Notes: generated by a model from the letters alone, not told the origin. A stretch of DNA of 64,000 nt from Alphaproteobacteria bacterium (GCA_026400395.1 JAPLPD010000160.1:1427-65426); one strand, 5' to 3'; counted from the stretch's first letter, positions 21,837-31,452 are shown. Numbers and translations: made by a program.

Positions 21837-22451
21837 CTAAGCCGCCGCCTTCAGTAGACCTTCCGCCTTCATCGCCTCCTGCACCGCCGGACGCGCCGCG
21901 ACGCGCTTCATGTAAGCGGTGATGTTCGGAAAGGCCGACAGGTCGATATTGTGCATCTTGGTCCAGTTCAGCACCGTGAACATGTAGCCATCGGCCACGG
22001 TGAAGTCGCCCATCAGGTAATCCTTGCCGGCGAGCGCCTTCTCGATGAACGGGAACTGCTTGGCCGCGAGGCCCTTCTTCACGACCTCTTTGAAGTCGTC
22101 CGGCATGGCCGGGTTGAACAACTGGCCGATGCCCTTGTGAACTTCGCTGGCGATGTAGTTGAGCATCTCTTGCAGGCGATAGCGCTCCGGCGTCCCGGCT
22201 GCGGCGGCGAGCTTCTTGGCCGGGGCCTTGTCAGCGATGTACTGCTGGATCACCGCGCCTTCGGTCATCACTTCGCCGTTGTCGAGCTTGATCGCCGGCA
22301 CAGCGCCCTTCGGGTTGATCGAGAGATAGTCCTCGCCGTCCTCCGTCTTCTTGCTGCGGTCGATCTTGACGAGGTCGAACGGCAATCCGGCTTCGCGGAA
22401 CGCGATGTGCGGCGCGAGCGAGCAGGCGCCGGGCATGTAATAGAGCTTCAT
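21837..22451 (-). CDS. Glutathione S-transferase (beta class, GstA-like)
   Basis: MKLYYMPGACSLAPHI, INPKGAVP, EGAVI, SEVHK, FTVADGY. Confidence 0.92.
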   Translation of the reverse strand: MKLYYMPGACSLAPHIAFREAGLPFDLVKIDRSKKTEDGEDYLSINPKGAVPAIKLDNGEVMTEGAVIQQYIADKAPAKKLAAAAGTPERYRLQEMLNYIASEVHKGIGQLFNPAMPDDFKEVVKKGLAAKQFPFIEKALAGKDYLMGDFTVADGYMFTVLNWTKMHNIDLSAFPNITAYMKRVAARPAVQEAMKAEGLLKAAA

Positions 22452-22489
22452 GGTGGGAACTCCGGTTCAGGGGCTAATTCAGTGCGTTA

Positions 22490-22549
22490 ATGCACTTGCA
22501 TGAAGATAAATGCAATTGCATGAACATGTCAAGGTTGATGCAAGTGCAT
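22490..22549. promoter_or_regulatory. Three ATGCA-N2-TGCAT palindromes (putative MarR operators)
   Basis: ATGCACTTGCAT at 22490, ATGCAATTGCAT at 22510, ATGCAAGTGCAT at 22538, each followed by GAA; between divergent gst and marR. Confidence 0.7.
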
Positions 22550-22580
22550 GAATTTGCTACCCTGCGGGAGAGAAATAATT

Positions 22581-23015
22581 ATGACCCGCAAACCCTCGCA
22601 GGAAATCACCGCGGCCTGGGCGAATCTGGTTCGCGTCCAGCAAGGACTGTTGGCGGCGGTCGAGCAGGACTTGAAGCAGGCCGGCTTTCCGCCGCTGTCC
22701 TGGTACGACGCGCTGCTGGAACTGTCGCGCGCCGAGCATGGGATGCTGCGCCCGGTCGAACTGGAAAAGCACATGCTGCTGCCGCAATATTCCACCTCCC
22801 GGTTAGTCGACCGCCTGACCGAGGCGGGGCTGGCCGAGCGAATGACCTGTCCCATCGATGGACGGGGGCAATATGTGGCCATTACCCAGGCCGGGCGGAA
22901 CCTGCAAAAGAAGATGTGGGACACCTATTCCGGCGCCATCGAACGGCACGTGGGCGCCAAGCTTTCCAACAAGGATGCTGCCCAACTCTGCGATCTGCTG
23001 GGGCGGCTGGCCTGA
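22581..23015 (+). CDS. MarR-family transcriptional regulator
   Basis: LSWYDALLEL, STSRLVDRL..AGL, CPIDGRG..V.IT.AGR winged helix. Confidence 0.88.
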   Translation: MTRKPSQEITAAWANLVRVQQGLLAAVEQDLKQAGFPPLSWYDALLELSRAEHGMLRPVELEKHMLLPQYSTSRLVDRLTEAGLAERMTCPIDGRGQYVAITQAGRNLQKKMWDTYSGAIERHVGAKLSNKDAAQLCDLLGRLA

Positions 23016-23087
23016 TTGCCGGACCCCTGATTGCCCTTTCACCCCACCCGTGATTAAGGTCGCGACCTTTTTTCGCCGGAATCCCGA

Positions 23088-24408
23088 ATGGCCCGCGACC
23101 AAGTCGATATGACGCCAATCAACTCGCGTGACGAATTGGTCGCGTGGTTCGAGGCCGGTTGCAAGCCGAAGTCGGAGTTCCGCGTCGGCACCGAACACGA
23201 GAAGTTCGTTTTCACCGTGGACGGCCATCGGCCCGTGCCATACGGCGGGCCGCGCGGCATCCGCGCGCTGCTGGACGGCATGCAGCACCTGCTCGGCTGG
23301 GAGCCGATCATGGAGGGCGAGAACATCATCGGCCTCGCCGACGTCACCGGCGGCGGCGCGATCTCGCTCGAGCCCGGCGGCCAGTTCGAACTGTCCGGCG
23401 CGCCGGTCGAGAGCGTGCATCAAACCGCGAGCGAATTGTTCGCCCACCTGGCCCAGGTGCGTGAGGTGGCGGCGCCGCTCGGCATCGGCTTCCTTGGCCT
23501 CGGCATGACGCCGAACTGGAGCCGCGCCGACATCCCGGTGATGCCGAAGGGCCGCTACAAGATCATGACCGCCTACATGCCGAAGGTCGGCCGCTACGGC
23601 CTCGACATGATGTACCGGACCTGCACGGTGCAGACGAACCACGATTTCTCGTCTGAAGCGGACATGGTGAAAAAGCTGTGCGTGACACTGGCGCTGCAGC
23701 CGGTCGGCACCGCGCTGTTCGCAAATTCGCCGTTCACCGAAGGCAAGCCCAACGGCTTGGTCTCGTTCCGCTCGGAGATCTGGCGCGACACCGACAACAA
23801 CCGTTCCGGCATGCTGCCCTTCGCCTTCGAGCCGGGCATGGTTCGTCAAGCGCGGCGACCAGTACATCGACGTCTCCGGCAAATCGTTCCGCGACCATCT
23901 CGCGGGCAAGCTGCTGCCCGGCGAGCGCGCCACGATCTCGGACTGGGCCAATCACATCTCGACGATCTTTCCCGAGGTCCGGCTGAAGCGCTACATCGAG
24001 ATGCGCGGCTCCGACGGCGGGCCGTGGCGCCGCCTGCCGGCGCTGCCGGCGTTCTGGGTCGGGCTGATCTACGACGACGCCAATCTCGACGCCTGCTGGG
24101 AGATCGTGAAGGACTGGACCGCTGAGGAGCGCCAGAAGCTGCGCGATGACGTGCCGCGGCTGGGCTTCCGGGCGACGATCCGCCATCAGACCCTCCTCGA
24201 CATCGCGCTGGAGTTGCTGCGGCTGGCCGAGAAGGGGCTGGTCCGCCGCGCCAAGCTCGACCGCAATGGCCGCGACGAGACGCGCTATCTGCGGCCGCTG
24301 CAGGAGATCGTCGCGCGCGGAATCACGCCGGCCGAGGAACTGCTTGAGAAATTCCACGGCCCGTGGAAGGGCTCGGTCGAGCCGATCTTCGACGAATACG
24401 CGTATTGA
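23088..24408 (+). pseudogene. gshA: Glutamate-cysteine ligase with an internal deletion and frameshift at 23841
   Basis: [31 protein letters not shown] in the first frame; after 23841 FVKRGD...[24 protein letters not shown] in another frame to the stop at 24408. Confidence 0.88.
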
Positions 24409-24411
24409 ACC

Positions 24412-24885
24412 ATGGCCAGAGGCACGCCGGCGACGGTGTCGCTGGAACAGGCCGGCGTCTCGTTCACGCTGCATGAATACGATTACGACCCCAACGCCGC
24501 CCGCATCGGCATGCAGGCGGCCGACGCGCTCGGCGTATCGCCGTCGCGGCTGCTCAAGACACTGATGGCAAAGGCGGGCGGGGCGGTGGTCTGCGTGCTG
24601 ATTGCCAGCGACCACGAGGTCAGCCTGAAAAAGCTTGCCGCGGCGGCGGGAGCCAAGGACGCCGCGATGCTTCCGGCGGCGGAGGCGGAACGCCTCACCG
24701 GCTACCACGTTGGCGGCATCTCGCCGCTCGGCCAGAAAAAGCGTGTCCGTGTTTTCATCGAGGCGGCGGCGCTGGCGTATTCGACCGTCATCTTCAACGG
24801 CGGTCGTCGCGGCCTGCAGATCGAGATCGCGCCGGGCGAACTGGTGAAGCTGCTCGACGCGACGGCGCTCGAGCTCATGGCCTAG
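24412..24885 (+). CDS. ybaK: Cys-tRNA(Pro) deacylase
   Basis: TPA, LLKTL (catalytic Lys), TGYHVGGISPLGQKK, GGRRGLQIE. Confidence 0.9.
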   Translation: MARGTPATVSLEQAGVSFTLHEYDYDPNAARIGMQAADALGVSPSRLLKTLMAKAGGAVVCVLIASDHEVSLKKLAAAAGAKDAAMLPAAEAERLTGYHVGGISPLGQKKRVRVFIEAAALAYSTVIFNGGRRGLQIEIAPGELVKLLDATALELMA

Positions 24886-24915
24886 CTCGGTCCGCGATTT
24901 CCGGAACTGGCGTTC

Positions 24916-25000
24916 GTCATGGCCGGGCTTGTCCCGGCCATCCACGCCTTGCTTGGCAGGAAGGAAAGACGTGGATGCCCGGCATAAGGCAGGGCGTGAC
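24916..25000. repeat. REP-like element (GTCATGGCCGG family), copy B
   Basis: GTCATGGCCGGGCTTGTCCCGGCCATCCACG...CGTGGATGCCCGGCATAAGGCAGGGCGTGAC. Confidence 0.85.
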
Positions 25001-25037
25001 GTGGAGAGGACAATTCAGGACAGAACGCGGTAAGGTA

Positions 25038-25823
25038 CTACTCCGCCGCTTGCGTTGCTTCCGACAGATTGTCGAGCGACGAGATGATGTGCTCGGCCAG
25101 CGCATCGGCGAGTGCCAAGCTCTCGTGCGGATTGCGGATGAGGCCGACGCGGCATGCCGGCAGTTCCGGGAAGCCATCGGCCGGGTTGAGAACGCGCATG
25201 CCCGGGCGCAATCCAGATTCAGGAAAAATCGAAATCGCCAGACCCGACAGCACGGCGGACGCCACCGCGCTTGCGTTGGCGCTGGTGTAGGCGATGTGGT
25301 GCGGCCGTCCGATCGTCTCCAGGCAATCGATCGCGGCGCGCCGCCAGCCGCAGCTCGGACGTCCGAGCGCCAGCGGCAGCGGTTCCTCCAGATGGGTGGA
25401 GTGGCGGTTCGAGGTCACCCACAGAAGTCGCTCGCGGCGGAATATCTCGGACGCGCGCGAAGATCCGCAGTCGGTGATGATAGCGAGGTCGAGTTCGTTG
25501 GCGTCGATGTGCTTGACCAGTTCGACCGATGGCTCGCACATCACGGTGAGTTCGACGCTCGGATAGGCGCGCGAGAACCGCGCCATGATCTCAGGCAGGT
25601 AGCGGTCGGCGTAATCGTCGGGCAGGCCGAGCCGCACCCGGCCGTGCAGCTCCTTGTCGTCGAAGGCGGCCAGCGCCTCGACGTTGAGCTTGATGATTCG
25701 CCGCGCGTAATCGAGCAGCCGGTCACCGTCGTCGGTGAGCTTTGAGGCGCGGCCATCGCGGGCGAAGATCGCCTTGCCGAGCCGCTCCTCCAGCCGCTTG
25801 ATGTGCATAGAAACGGCGGACTG
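25038..25823 (-). pseudogene. LysR-family regulator lacking the N-terminal part of the HTH
   Basis: QSAVSMHIKRLEERLG and a full substrate-binding domain; the upstream frame is not LysR-like and has no in-frame ATG before the promoter box. Confidence 0.7.
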
Positions 25824-25871
25824 GGATGGGGCTTCCTGTGCTGGAGGCCGTCCCTGGGGACCGGCCCATAC

Positions 25872-25886
25872 ATCACCATATGCGAT
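25872..25886. promoter_or_regulatory. LysR recognition site (T-N11-A, ATC-N9-GAT)
   Basis: ATCACCATATGCGAT followed by an AT-rich tract, between divergent lysR and DUF1127 genes. Confidence 0.6.
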
Positions 25887-26041
25887 TGATTACATTAAAA
25901 ACATTCGTTTCACTTATCAATGGGGTCGGCCTAAATATTCAATCGTTCAGGGAAGTGGGGTGGTCATCCGCACGGCTTCCGCGAGTTCGCGGCGGCCCAC
26001 GGTGCGCCCACCGCATCGCCCAGCCGAAAATGGAGCCCGTC

Positions 26042-26362
26042 ATGCCTGCCCTTACAGCCCTTGCGATTACGACCGCGGTTCGCGCGAGGATCGGCCTCAA
26101 GCGCTTTATCGCCCGGCTGAAGAACCGCCATGACGCCAAGCGCCTTGCCGAGCTCGATGACCGGATGCTCGCCGACATCGGCTTGAACCGCAGCGATTTG
26201 CGCGATGCCTATGCGGCGCCGCCGTGGAGCGATCCGAGCGATCTGCTGGCGCGCCGCGCCGCCGAACGGCGGGGCCCCCGGCGCTCGCAGGGGTCGTGCG
26301 TGATCGTCCCGACGGTTTCGTCGGAGCTGTTCGGCAATCTGCCGGCTTCGCTCTGCCGCTGA
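26042..26362 (+). CDS. DUF1127 (YjiS-like) protein
   Basis: RLAELDDRMLADIGLNRSDL motif; divergent from LysR. Confidence 0.85.
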   Translation: MPALTALAITTAVRARIGLKRFIARLKNRHDAKRLAELDDRMLADIGLNRSDLRDAYAAPPWSDPSDLLARRAAERRGPRRSQGSCVIVPTVSSELFGNLPASLCR

Positions 26363-26569
26363 AAGTCTTTGGCCGGTCCCCGTCGGCCAACCGTCCGGAG
26401 CGGCGGTTTTTCCCTCCCGCGCTTCGGATGATGCGCCCGCCGTCCCCCGGCGGGCGCATTCGTTTGCACTGGGCTGTTGGTTGGGGGCGGGCTTGGTCCG
26501 GAAACGGATTTCACCGGTGGCGATGATGCTCTAACATGCCGTCAGGCGATCGATCGGAAGGCGGCCCTG

Positions 26570-27121
26570 ATGCGATTCATCCTCGGCGGTCTGGTCGGCC
26601 TCGTGCTGGCGGTACTCTCCGCCATGCCGTCGCACGCGCAGACCGGATTCGACCGGCCCGGCGGCGACTATTCCCGCTTCGCCGTTCCATCCGGCGATCC
26701 CGAGGTGTGCTCGCAGCGCTGCGACCGCGATGGCCGTTGCCGCGCCTGGACGTTTTCGTATCCGGGGACCGCGGCACTCGGCGGCAGCAACGCCGCCACC
26801 TGCTGGCTGAAGAACCAGGTCAAGCCGCTGGTGGAGAATCGATGCTGCACCTCGGGCGTCAAAGGCGCTGCGCTGCTTGAGACGCGGCCCGGCCCGGTGG
26901 AAAATTCGATCGACCGCATCGGCGGCGACTATCGCAATTTCGAGGTTCCGGCCAATCAGGACTCGGCTGCCTGCAAGCAGGCGTGCGAAGGCGAAAACCG
27001 CTGCCGCGCCTGGTCGTTCGCGCGCGCGGGCTACGGCGGGCCGACAGCGCGGTGCTATCTCAAGGACAAACTCACGGCGCCACGGCGGCGGCCCTGCTGC
27101 GTGTCCGGCGTGGTGCGCTAG
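26570..27121 (+). CDS. Secreted protein with two PAN/Apple domains
   Basis: Signal peptide; two D.PGGDY..F...C...C....CRAW.F....C.LK...CC.SGV units. Confidence 0.85.
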   Translation: MRFILGGLVGLVLAVLSAMPSHAQTGFDRPGGDYSRFAVPSGDPEVCSQRCDRDGRCRAWTFSYPGTAALGGSNAATCWLKNQVKPLVENRCCTSGVKGAALLETRPGPVENSIDRIGGDYRNFEVPANQDSAACKQACEGENRCRAWSFARAGYGGPTARCYLKDKLTAPRRRPCCVSGVVR

Positions 27122-27162
27122 AACTTCGCCTCCGAGGTCCGGCGCTGCCGCCGGGCCGCTTG

Positions 27163-28581
27163 TCAGCCGGTGCCGCCGACCGTGATGCGTTCCATCCGCA
27201 GCGTCGGCTGACCGACGCCGACCGGCCCGCCCTGGCCGTTCTTGCCGCAGGTGCCGACGCCGGTGTCGAGCTTGAGATCGTTGCCGACCATGACCACGCG
27301 CATGAGGTCGGTCGGGCCGTTGCCGATCAGCATGGCGCCCTTCAGCGGCGCGCCGAGCTTGCCGTTCTCGATCTTGTAGGCCTCGGTGACGTTGAACACA
27401 TACTTGCCCGAAGTGATGTCGACCTGACCGCCGCCGAGGTTGGCGGCGTAGAAGCCGTTCTTCACCGAGGCGATGATCTCCGCCGGATCGCGGTCACCCG
27501 CGGTCATGTAGGTGTTGGTCATGCGCGGCATCGGCACATGGGCGTGGCTCTCGCGGCGTCCGTTGCCGGTCGGCTTCATGTTCATCAGCCGCGCGTTCTG
27601 ACGATCCTGCATGTAGCCGACCAGGATGCCGTCCTCGATCAGAACGGTGCGGCTGGTCGGCGTGCCTTCGTCGTCGATCGACAGCGAGCCGCGGCGGCTC
27701 TGGATGGTGCCGTCATCGACCACGGTGACGCCCCGCGCGGCCACCTGCTGGCCCATCAGTCCGGCGAAAGCCGAGGTCTTCTTACGGTTGAAGTCGCCTT
27801 CGAGGCCGTGGCCCACCGCCTCGTGCAGCATGACACCGGGCCAGCCGGCGCCGAGCACAACGTCCATCTCGCCGGCCGGTGCCGGGATCGAGTCGAGATT
27901 GAGCACCGCCTGCCGCACCGCCTCATCGACGGCGTGCTCCCAGGTCTTGGCGCTGATGAAATTCTGATAGCCCTCGCGGCCGCCGTAGCCGAATGAGCCG
28001 CTTTCCTGGCGGTCGCCCGATGCCGCCACCACCGACACGTTGACCCGCACCAGCGGGCGGATGTCGCGGTAGGTCTGGCCATCGGGCCGCAGGATCTCGA
28101 CCACCTGCCAGGATGCCCCCAGGCTCGCGGTCACCTGCTTGACGCGGTGGTCCTTGCCGCGCGCGTAGGCGTCGATGGTTTCCAGCAGCTTAACCTTGGC
28201 GTCGAAGCCTGGCGTCTCGAGCGGATTGTCGTCGCTGTAGAGCTTGACGTTGGTGCGGCCCGGCGCCTCGGCGTACTTGCCGGAATGGCCGCCCTTGACC
28301 GCGCGTACCGCGTCGGCGGCGCGCGAGATCGCAGCTTCGGACACGTCGGACGCATGGGCGTAGCCGACCGCCTCGTCCTTCACGGCGCGAAGGCCGAATC
28401 CCTGATTGGTGTCGTAGGTCGCCTGCTTGAGCCGTCCGTTGTCGAACGTCAGCATTTCGGATTGCTTGTATTCGAGGAACAGTTCGCCGTCATCGGCGCC
28501 TTCGAGGCCGCGATCGATCAGCTTACCGACGCGAACCGTGTCGAGGCCGGCGCGGTCCAGGAGGGAGGCGTTCGGATTCAT
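27163..28581 (-). CDS. tldD: Metalloprotease TldD
   Basis: GVMLHEAVGHGLEGD, RRGSLSIDDEG, MPRMTNTY, CGKNGQ..PVGVGQP. Confidence 0.93.
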   Translation of the reverse strand: MNPNASLLDRAGLDTVRVGKLIDRGLEGADDGELFLEYKQSEMLTFDNGRLKQATYDTNQGFGLRAVKDEAVGYAHASDVSEAAISRAADAVRAVKGGHSGKYAEAPGRTNVKLYSDDNPLETPGFDAKVKLLETIDAYARGKDHRVKQVTASLGASWQVVEILRPDGQTYRDIRPLVRVNVSVVAASGDRQESGSFGYGGREGYQNFISAKTWEHAVDEAVRQAVLNLDSIPAPAGEMDVVLGAGWPGVMLHEAVGHGLEGDFNRKKTSAFAGLMGQQVAARGVTVVDDGTIQSRRGSLSIDDEGTPTSRTVLIEDGILVGYMQDRQNARLMNMKPTGNGRRESHAHVPMPRMTNTYMTAGDRDPAEIIASVKNGFYAANLGGGQVDITSGKYVFNVTEAYKIENGKLGAPLKGAMLIGNGPTDLMRVVMVGNDLKLDTGVGTCGKNGQGGPVGVGQPTLRMERITVGGTG

Positions 28582-28685
28582 CGGGAATCTCCAGTGGCGC
28601 AGCATTTTAAATAGGAAGCTGCCGGCCGTCTGGATAGATCGCGGATTTGCGGCGGAAACCGCGCCACATTTGCACAGCGAAGGCA

Positions 28686-29339
28686 TTAAGAGGGCGGAAG
28701 TCTTGGGAAAGAGAAACGGCGCGCCGCCGGCTCCGACTTGGAGAGCGAGAGCCACGATCCCCGGGCATGCCTAGACTTGCCCGGATGTCGCGGCGCGCCG
28801 CAGTCGCCATAGCAGTTCGTCGCGCGATACCACGTCCATCCGTAGGGGATGTACGCGGTGTGGCAACCGCCACCGCCATAGCCATACCCGCTATAGCCGT
28901 AGCCGCCACCATAACCGCCGCGGTAGAAGCCACCGCCATACCCTGGATCGGAGTAGCCAACGTCGTAGCCGACATTGCTATAGCCGCCATTGTAGTAGCC
29001 GGTGTCATAGCCGGAGCTGTAGCCGTATGGCCGGCTGTATTCGCCGCCGTAGTAGCCAGTACGGTATCCGCCACCGTAGTAACCGTTGCGGTAGCCGCCG
29101 CCGTAATAGCCGCGACCGCCGTAGTAGCCACGGCCACCGTAATACCCGGTCCGGTAGCCGTAGCCGCGGCCACCATAGTAGCCAGAGCGATAACCACCGC
29201 GGTAACCGCCGCCGTAGTACGCCGCTCCGTGGTAGCCGTTCCGATAGTATCCGGCTTCCGCTGGTGTCGAACTGGACACCCCGATTGCCATCAGCAGCGC
29301 CGCGCACAAAGCATACGCAGCGATCGTTATGCGCATCAT
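28686..29339 (-). CDS. Secreted Gly/Tyr/Arg-rich low-complexity protein
   Basis: Signal peptide ending PAEA; ~130 aa of GYYGGR/GYRxGYYGG repeats; tail CHTAYIPYGWTWYRATNC; true stop position uncertain. Confidence 0.75.
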   Translation of the reverse strand: MMRITIAAYALCAALLMAIGVSSSTPAEAGYYRNGYHGAAYYGGGYRGGYRSGYYGGRGYGYRTGYYGGRGYYGGRGYYGGGYRNGYYGGGYRTGYYGGEYSRPYGYSSGYDTGYYNGGYSNVGYDVGYSDPGYGGGFYRGGYGGGYGYSGYGYGGGGCHTAYIPYGWTWYRATNCYGDCGAPRHPGKSRHARGSWLSLSKSEPAARRFSFPRLPPS

Positions 29340-29482
29340 GGGAAATCTCTCCCGCATGTACGCCGCATCTGCCGCAAATGTTAGCCGAAGACACCGCCGT
29401 TAACCATATATGTCTATGAATTTAATGATATTTTTTCGATATGAATTCTCAAAATGGGACAGCCCGGCGCTCTCCCGCAGCG

Positions 29483-30196
29483 TCAGCGCTGCGGCGGCAC
29501 CTCCAGCGCGCCGGTGTTCTCGGGGCATTGCGCGCCGGTGTCGATCCACGCCTGCACCAGCTTTCCGGTGGTTTCTTGGTTGCCTGGGGCAGGCTGCCGG
29601 CCGGCACCGGGGTCCCAGCCCCAGGCCACCAGATCGTCCTTGGCGATATGCTCGTGCAGCAGCGCGAGGTCGCGTCCGCCGTTGAGTTTCGGGTCTTTGA
29701 TCTGCCGGCAGATGTCGCCGACCGATTTTCCCTCCCACGCCATCGATAGCGGCGCGAGACCCCAGCGGGGATGTCCCGGGACACTCTTATAAGTGGCTGC
29801 TTCATGCAGCGGGACATTCGCCTGGGTGTGGCACTGGGCGCAGGTGGTGCCGATCGCGCCGGTTTGGGTATCCGCGCGCCACACCGGCGGATTGTGCTCG
29901 CGGCCTGCGCCCTGCAGTGGATGCGCGCCGGCGGGATGACAGTTCATGCAGCGCAGATGAGTCAGCACCTTACCGATCTCGGTGAACAAGGCGCGCGAAC
30001 GCGCATCCTTGTCCGCGATTGTATCGAACTCTGCCGGAGACTTCAGGTTTTGCGGGGCGGGTGAAGTGTCGCTGATTGGGGGCAGCGGGGGCGGGCCCGA
30101 TTGCGCCAGCACCGGCGAATGCAGCGCGCCAACGGAACTTGCGACAACGCAACTCAAAACGAAATGGCGTATCGGCATCGCGGCCCTCATCAACAT
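29483..30196 (-). CDS. Periplasmic di-heme c-type cytochrome (isoquinoline 1-oxidoreductase accessory-subunit-like)
   Basis: Signal peptide; CMNCH and CAQCH; PGHPRWGLAP, GDICRQIKD; the start may be slightly downstream (MPIRHF). Confidence 0.75.
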   Translation of the reverse strand: MLMRAAMPIRHFVLSCVVASSVGALHSPVLAQSGPPPLPPISDTSPAPQNLKSPAEFDTIADKDARSRALFTEIGKVLTHLRCMNCHPAGAHPLQGAGREHNPPVWRADTQTGAIGTTCAQCHTQANVPLHEAATYKSVPGHPRWGLAPLSMAWEGKSVGDICRQIKDPKLNGGRDLALLHEHIAKDDLVAWGWDPGAGRQPAPGNQETTGKLVQAWIDTGAQCPENTGALEVPPQR

Positions 30197-30262
30197 CAGA
30201 CAAGGGTAAAGCCAGCGGCGGCGGAATGTTCCCGCCTCCGGATTGCGTCAACCGGCCGAATT

Positions 30263-30970
30263 TTAAGCCGTGAACCCGATCGAAACGCCGCCGATCGGCG
30301 TGAGCGAATAATCGACGCCGCGCTCGCCGGGTTCCAGAAACATCGGCGGGGTGAGCGAACCGCAGATGATGAACTCTCCGGCGCGCAAACCGCCGCCGAC
30401 CGTTCCCGCCACATCGGCAACGTGACGAACGATGCCGATCAACTCGCCGATGTTGGTTTCCAGATCGGCGGGGACGGGGACATTCTGGCCGCTTTGGCTG
30501 ACGCGTGCGCTCAGTCCTTCGAGCCGGGCACCCGCGCGCGTGTCGTCGCGCGGGCCGAGGATCACATGGCGCTGGAAAATGTCGCCGGCCAGCACCGCCT
30601 CTATGTCATCCATCGGGCCGTCGGCATCGGCGAGTTCGATGGCCGGACCGAGCGCTGCGATGGCGGCGCGGACTTGGTCGGGGCCGGCGTCCGCGGGAAT
30701 ATCCCGCCCGATGTAGGCGGCGATCTCCGCTTCGGCGACCGGCTTACTCCAGCCGGCGAGCGACACGGCCGCGCCTGATGATAGCATCGCGCGGTCCAGC
30801 ACAAAGCCGACAATCGGCGCGGTGAGGCCGCATTTGATCTGCATGGCCGGCGCGCCGAGACCGACCTTCCATCCGATCTGGCGGGCGCCGCCCTCGAGCA
30901 GCCTGCGGCGCAGCTCCATCTGCGCGCGCATCCCCGCCGCGATGCGCGGGTCGTTCAGCGTGTCGCTCAT
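30263..30970 (-). CDS. 2-keto-4-pentenoate hydratase / fumarylacetoacetate-hydrolase family protein
   Basis: IGWKVGL, AEAEIA, PAIELAD, LRAGEFIICGSL. Confidence 0.75.
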   Translation of the reverse strand: MSDTLNDPRIAAGMRAQMELRRRLLEGGARQIGWKVGLGAPAMQIKCGLTAPIVGFVLDRAMLSSGAAVSLAGWSKPVAEAEIAAYIGRDIPADAGPDQVRAAIAALGPAIELADADGPMDDIEAVLAGDIFQRHVILGPRDDTRAGARLEGLSARVSQSGQNVPVPADLETNIGELIGIVRHVADVAGTVGGGLRAGEFIICGSLTPPMFLEPGERGVDYSLTPIGGVSIGFTA

Positions 30971-31452
30971 TTGTGTCCGCCGGGCGGATTTTCGTAACCG
31001 GAATCTTCGATCGAGCCTGCGCCCATCCAGCCCCACACCAGCACGACGTCGTCGTTCGACGTGTTGTTGAAGCCGTGCCAGACGCCGCGCGGCGAATAAA
31101 CCACGTCGCCCTCAACGGAGGGATCGAGTCCCTTGTCGGTGATGATGTGGCCCTGGCCTTTCAGCACGATGAAGAACTCGTCGCAGTTGCGATGCAGGTG
31201 ACATTCGTGGCTCGCGCCCGGCTTGAGCACGGTCCAGCCGACGACGTGGTCGGCGCCGGCGGATTTCTTGTCGATCAGGAATTGCACCTGCATGTCGATC
31301 CAGCCGTCGTCGCGCTTGAGGCCCTCGACCTTCGGCACGTTACGGATGTTGGTGCGGTACATCGAAGGCCCGAGCTTGGCCGAGGTGATCCCCGTCGTCG
31401 CCTTTACGGCCTTGGCCAGAGCCGCGCCGATCTTTTCGCCTTGTCCCGTCAC
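30967..31452 (-). CDS. Cupin domain protein
   Basis: H.H.NCDEFFIVLKGQG, GDVVYSPRGVWHGF. Confidence 0.8.
   Translation of the reverse strand: MTGQGEKIGAALAKAVKATTGITSAKLGPSMYRTNIRNVPKVEGLKRDDGWIDMQVQFLIDKKSAGADHVVGWTVLKPGASHECHLHRNCDEFFIVLKGQGHIITDKGLDPSVEGDVVYSPRGVWHGFNNTSNDDVVLVWGWMGAGSIEDSGYENPPGGHK

Noticed and set aside
27163-28581. TldD as part of a RiPP (microcin) cluster
   Set aside because: It is in its usual housekeeping position; no YcaO, precursor peptide or TldE nearby, and it is far from the peptide exporter.
28647-29384. Val/Ala/Thr-rich plus-strand ORF
   Set aside because: It is the reverse complement of the Gly/Tyr-rich gene; the minus frame has a signal peptide and coherent repeats.
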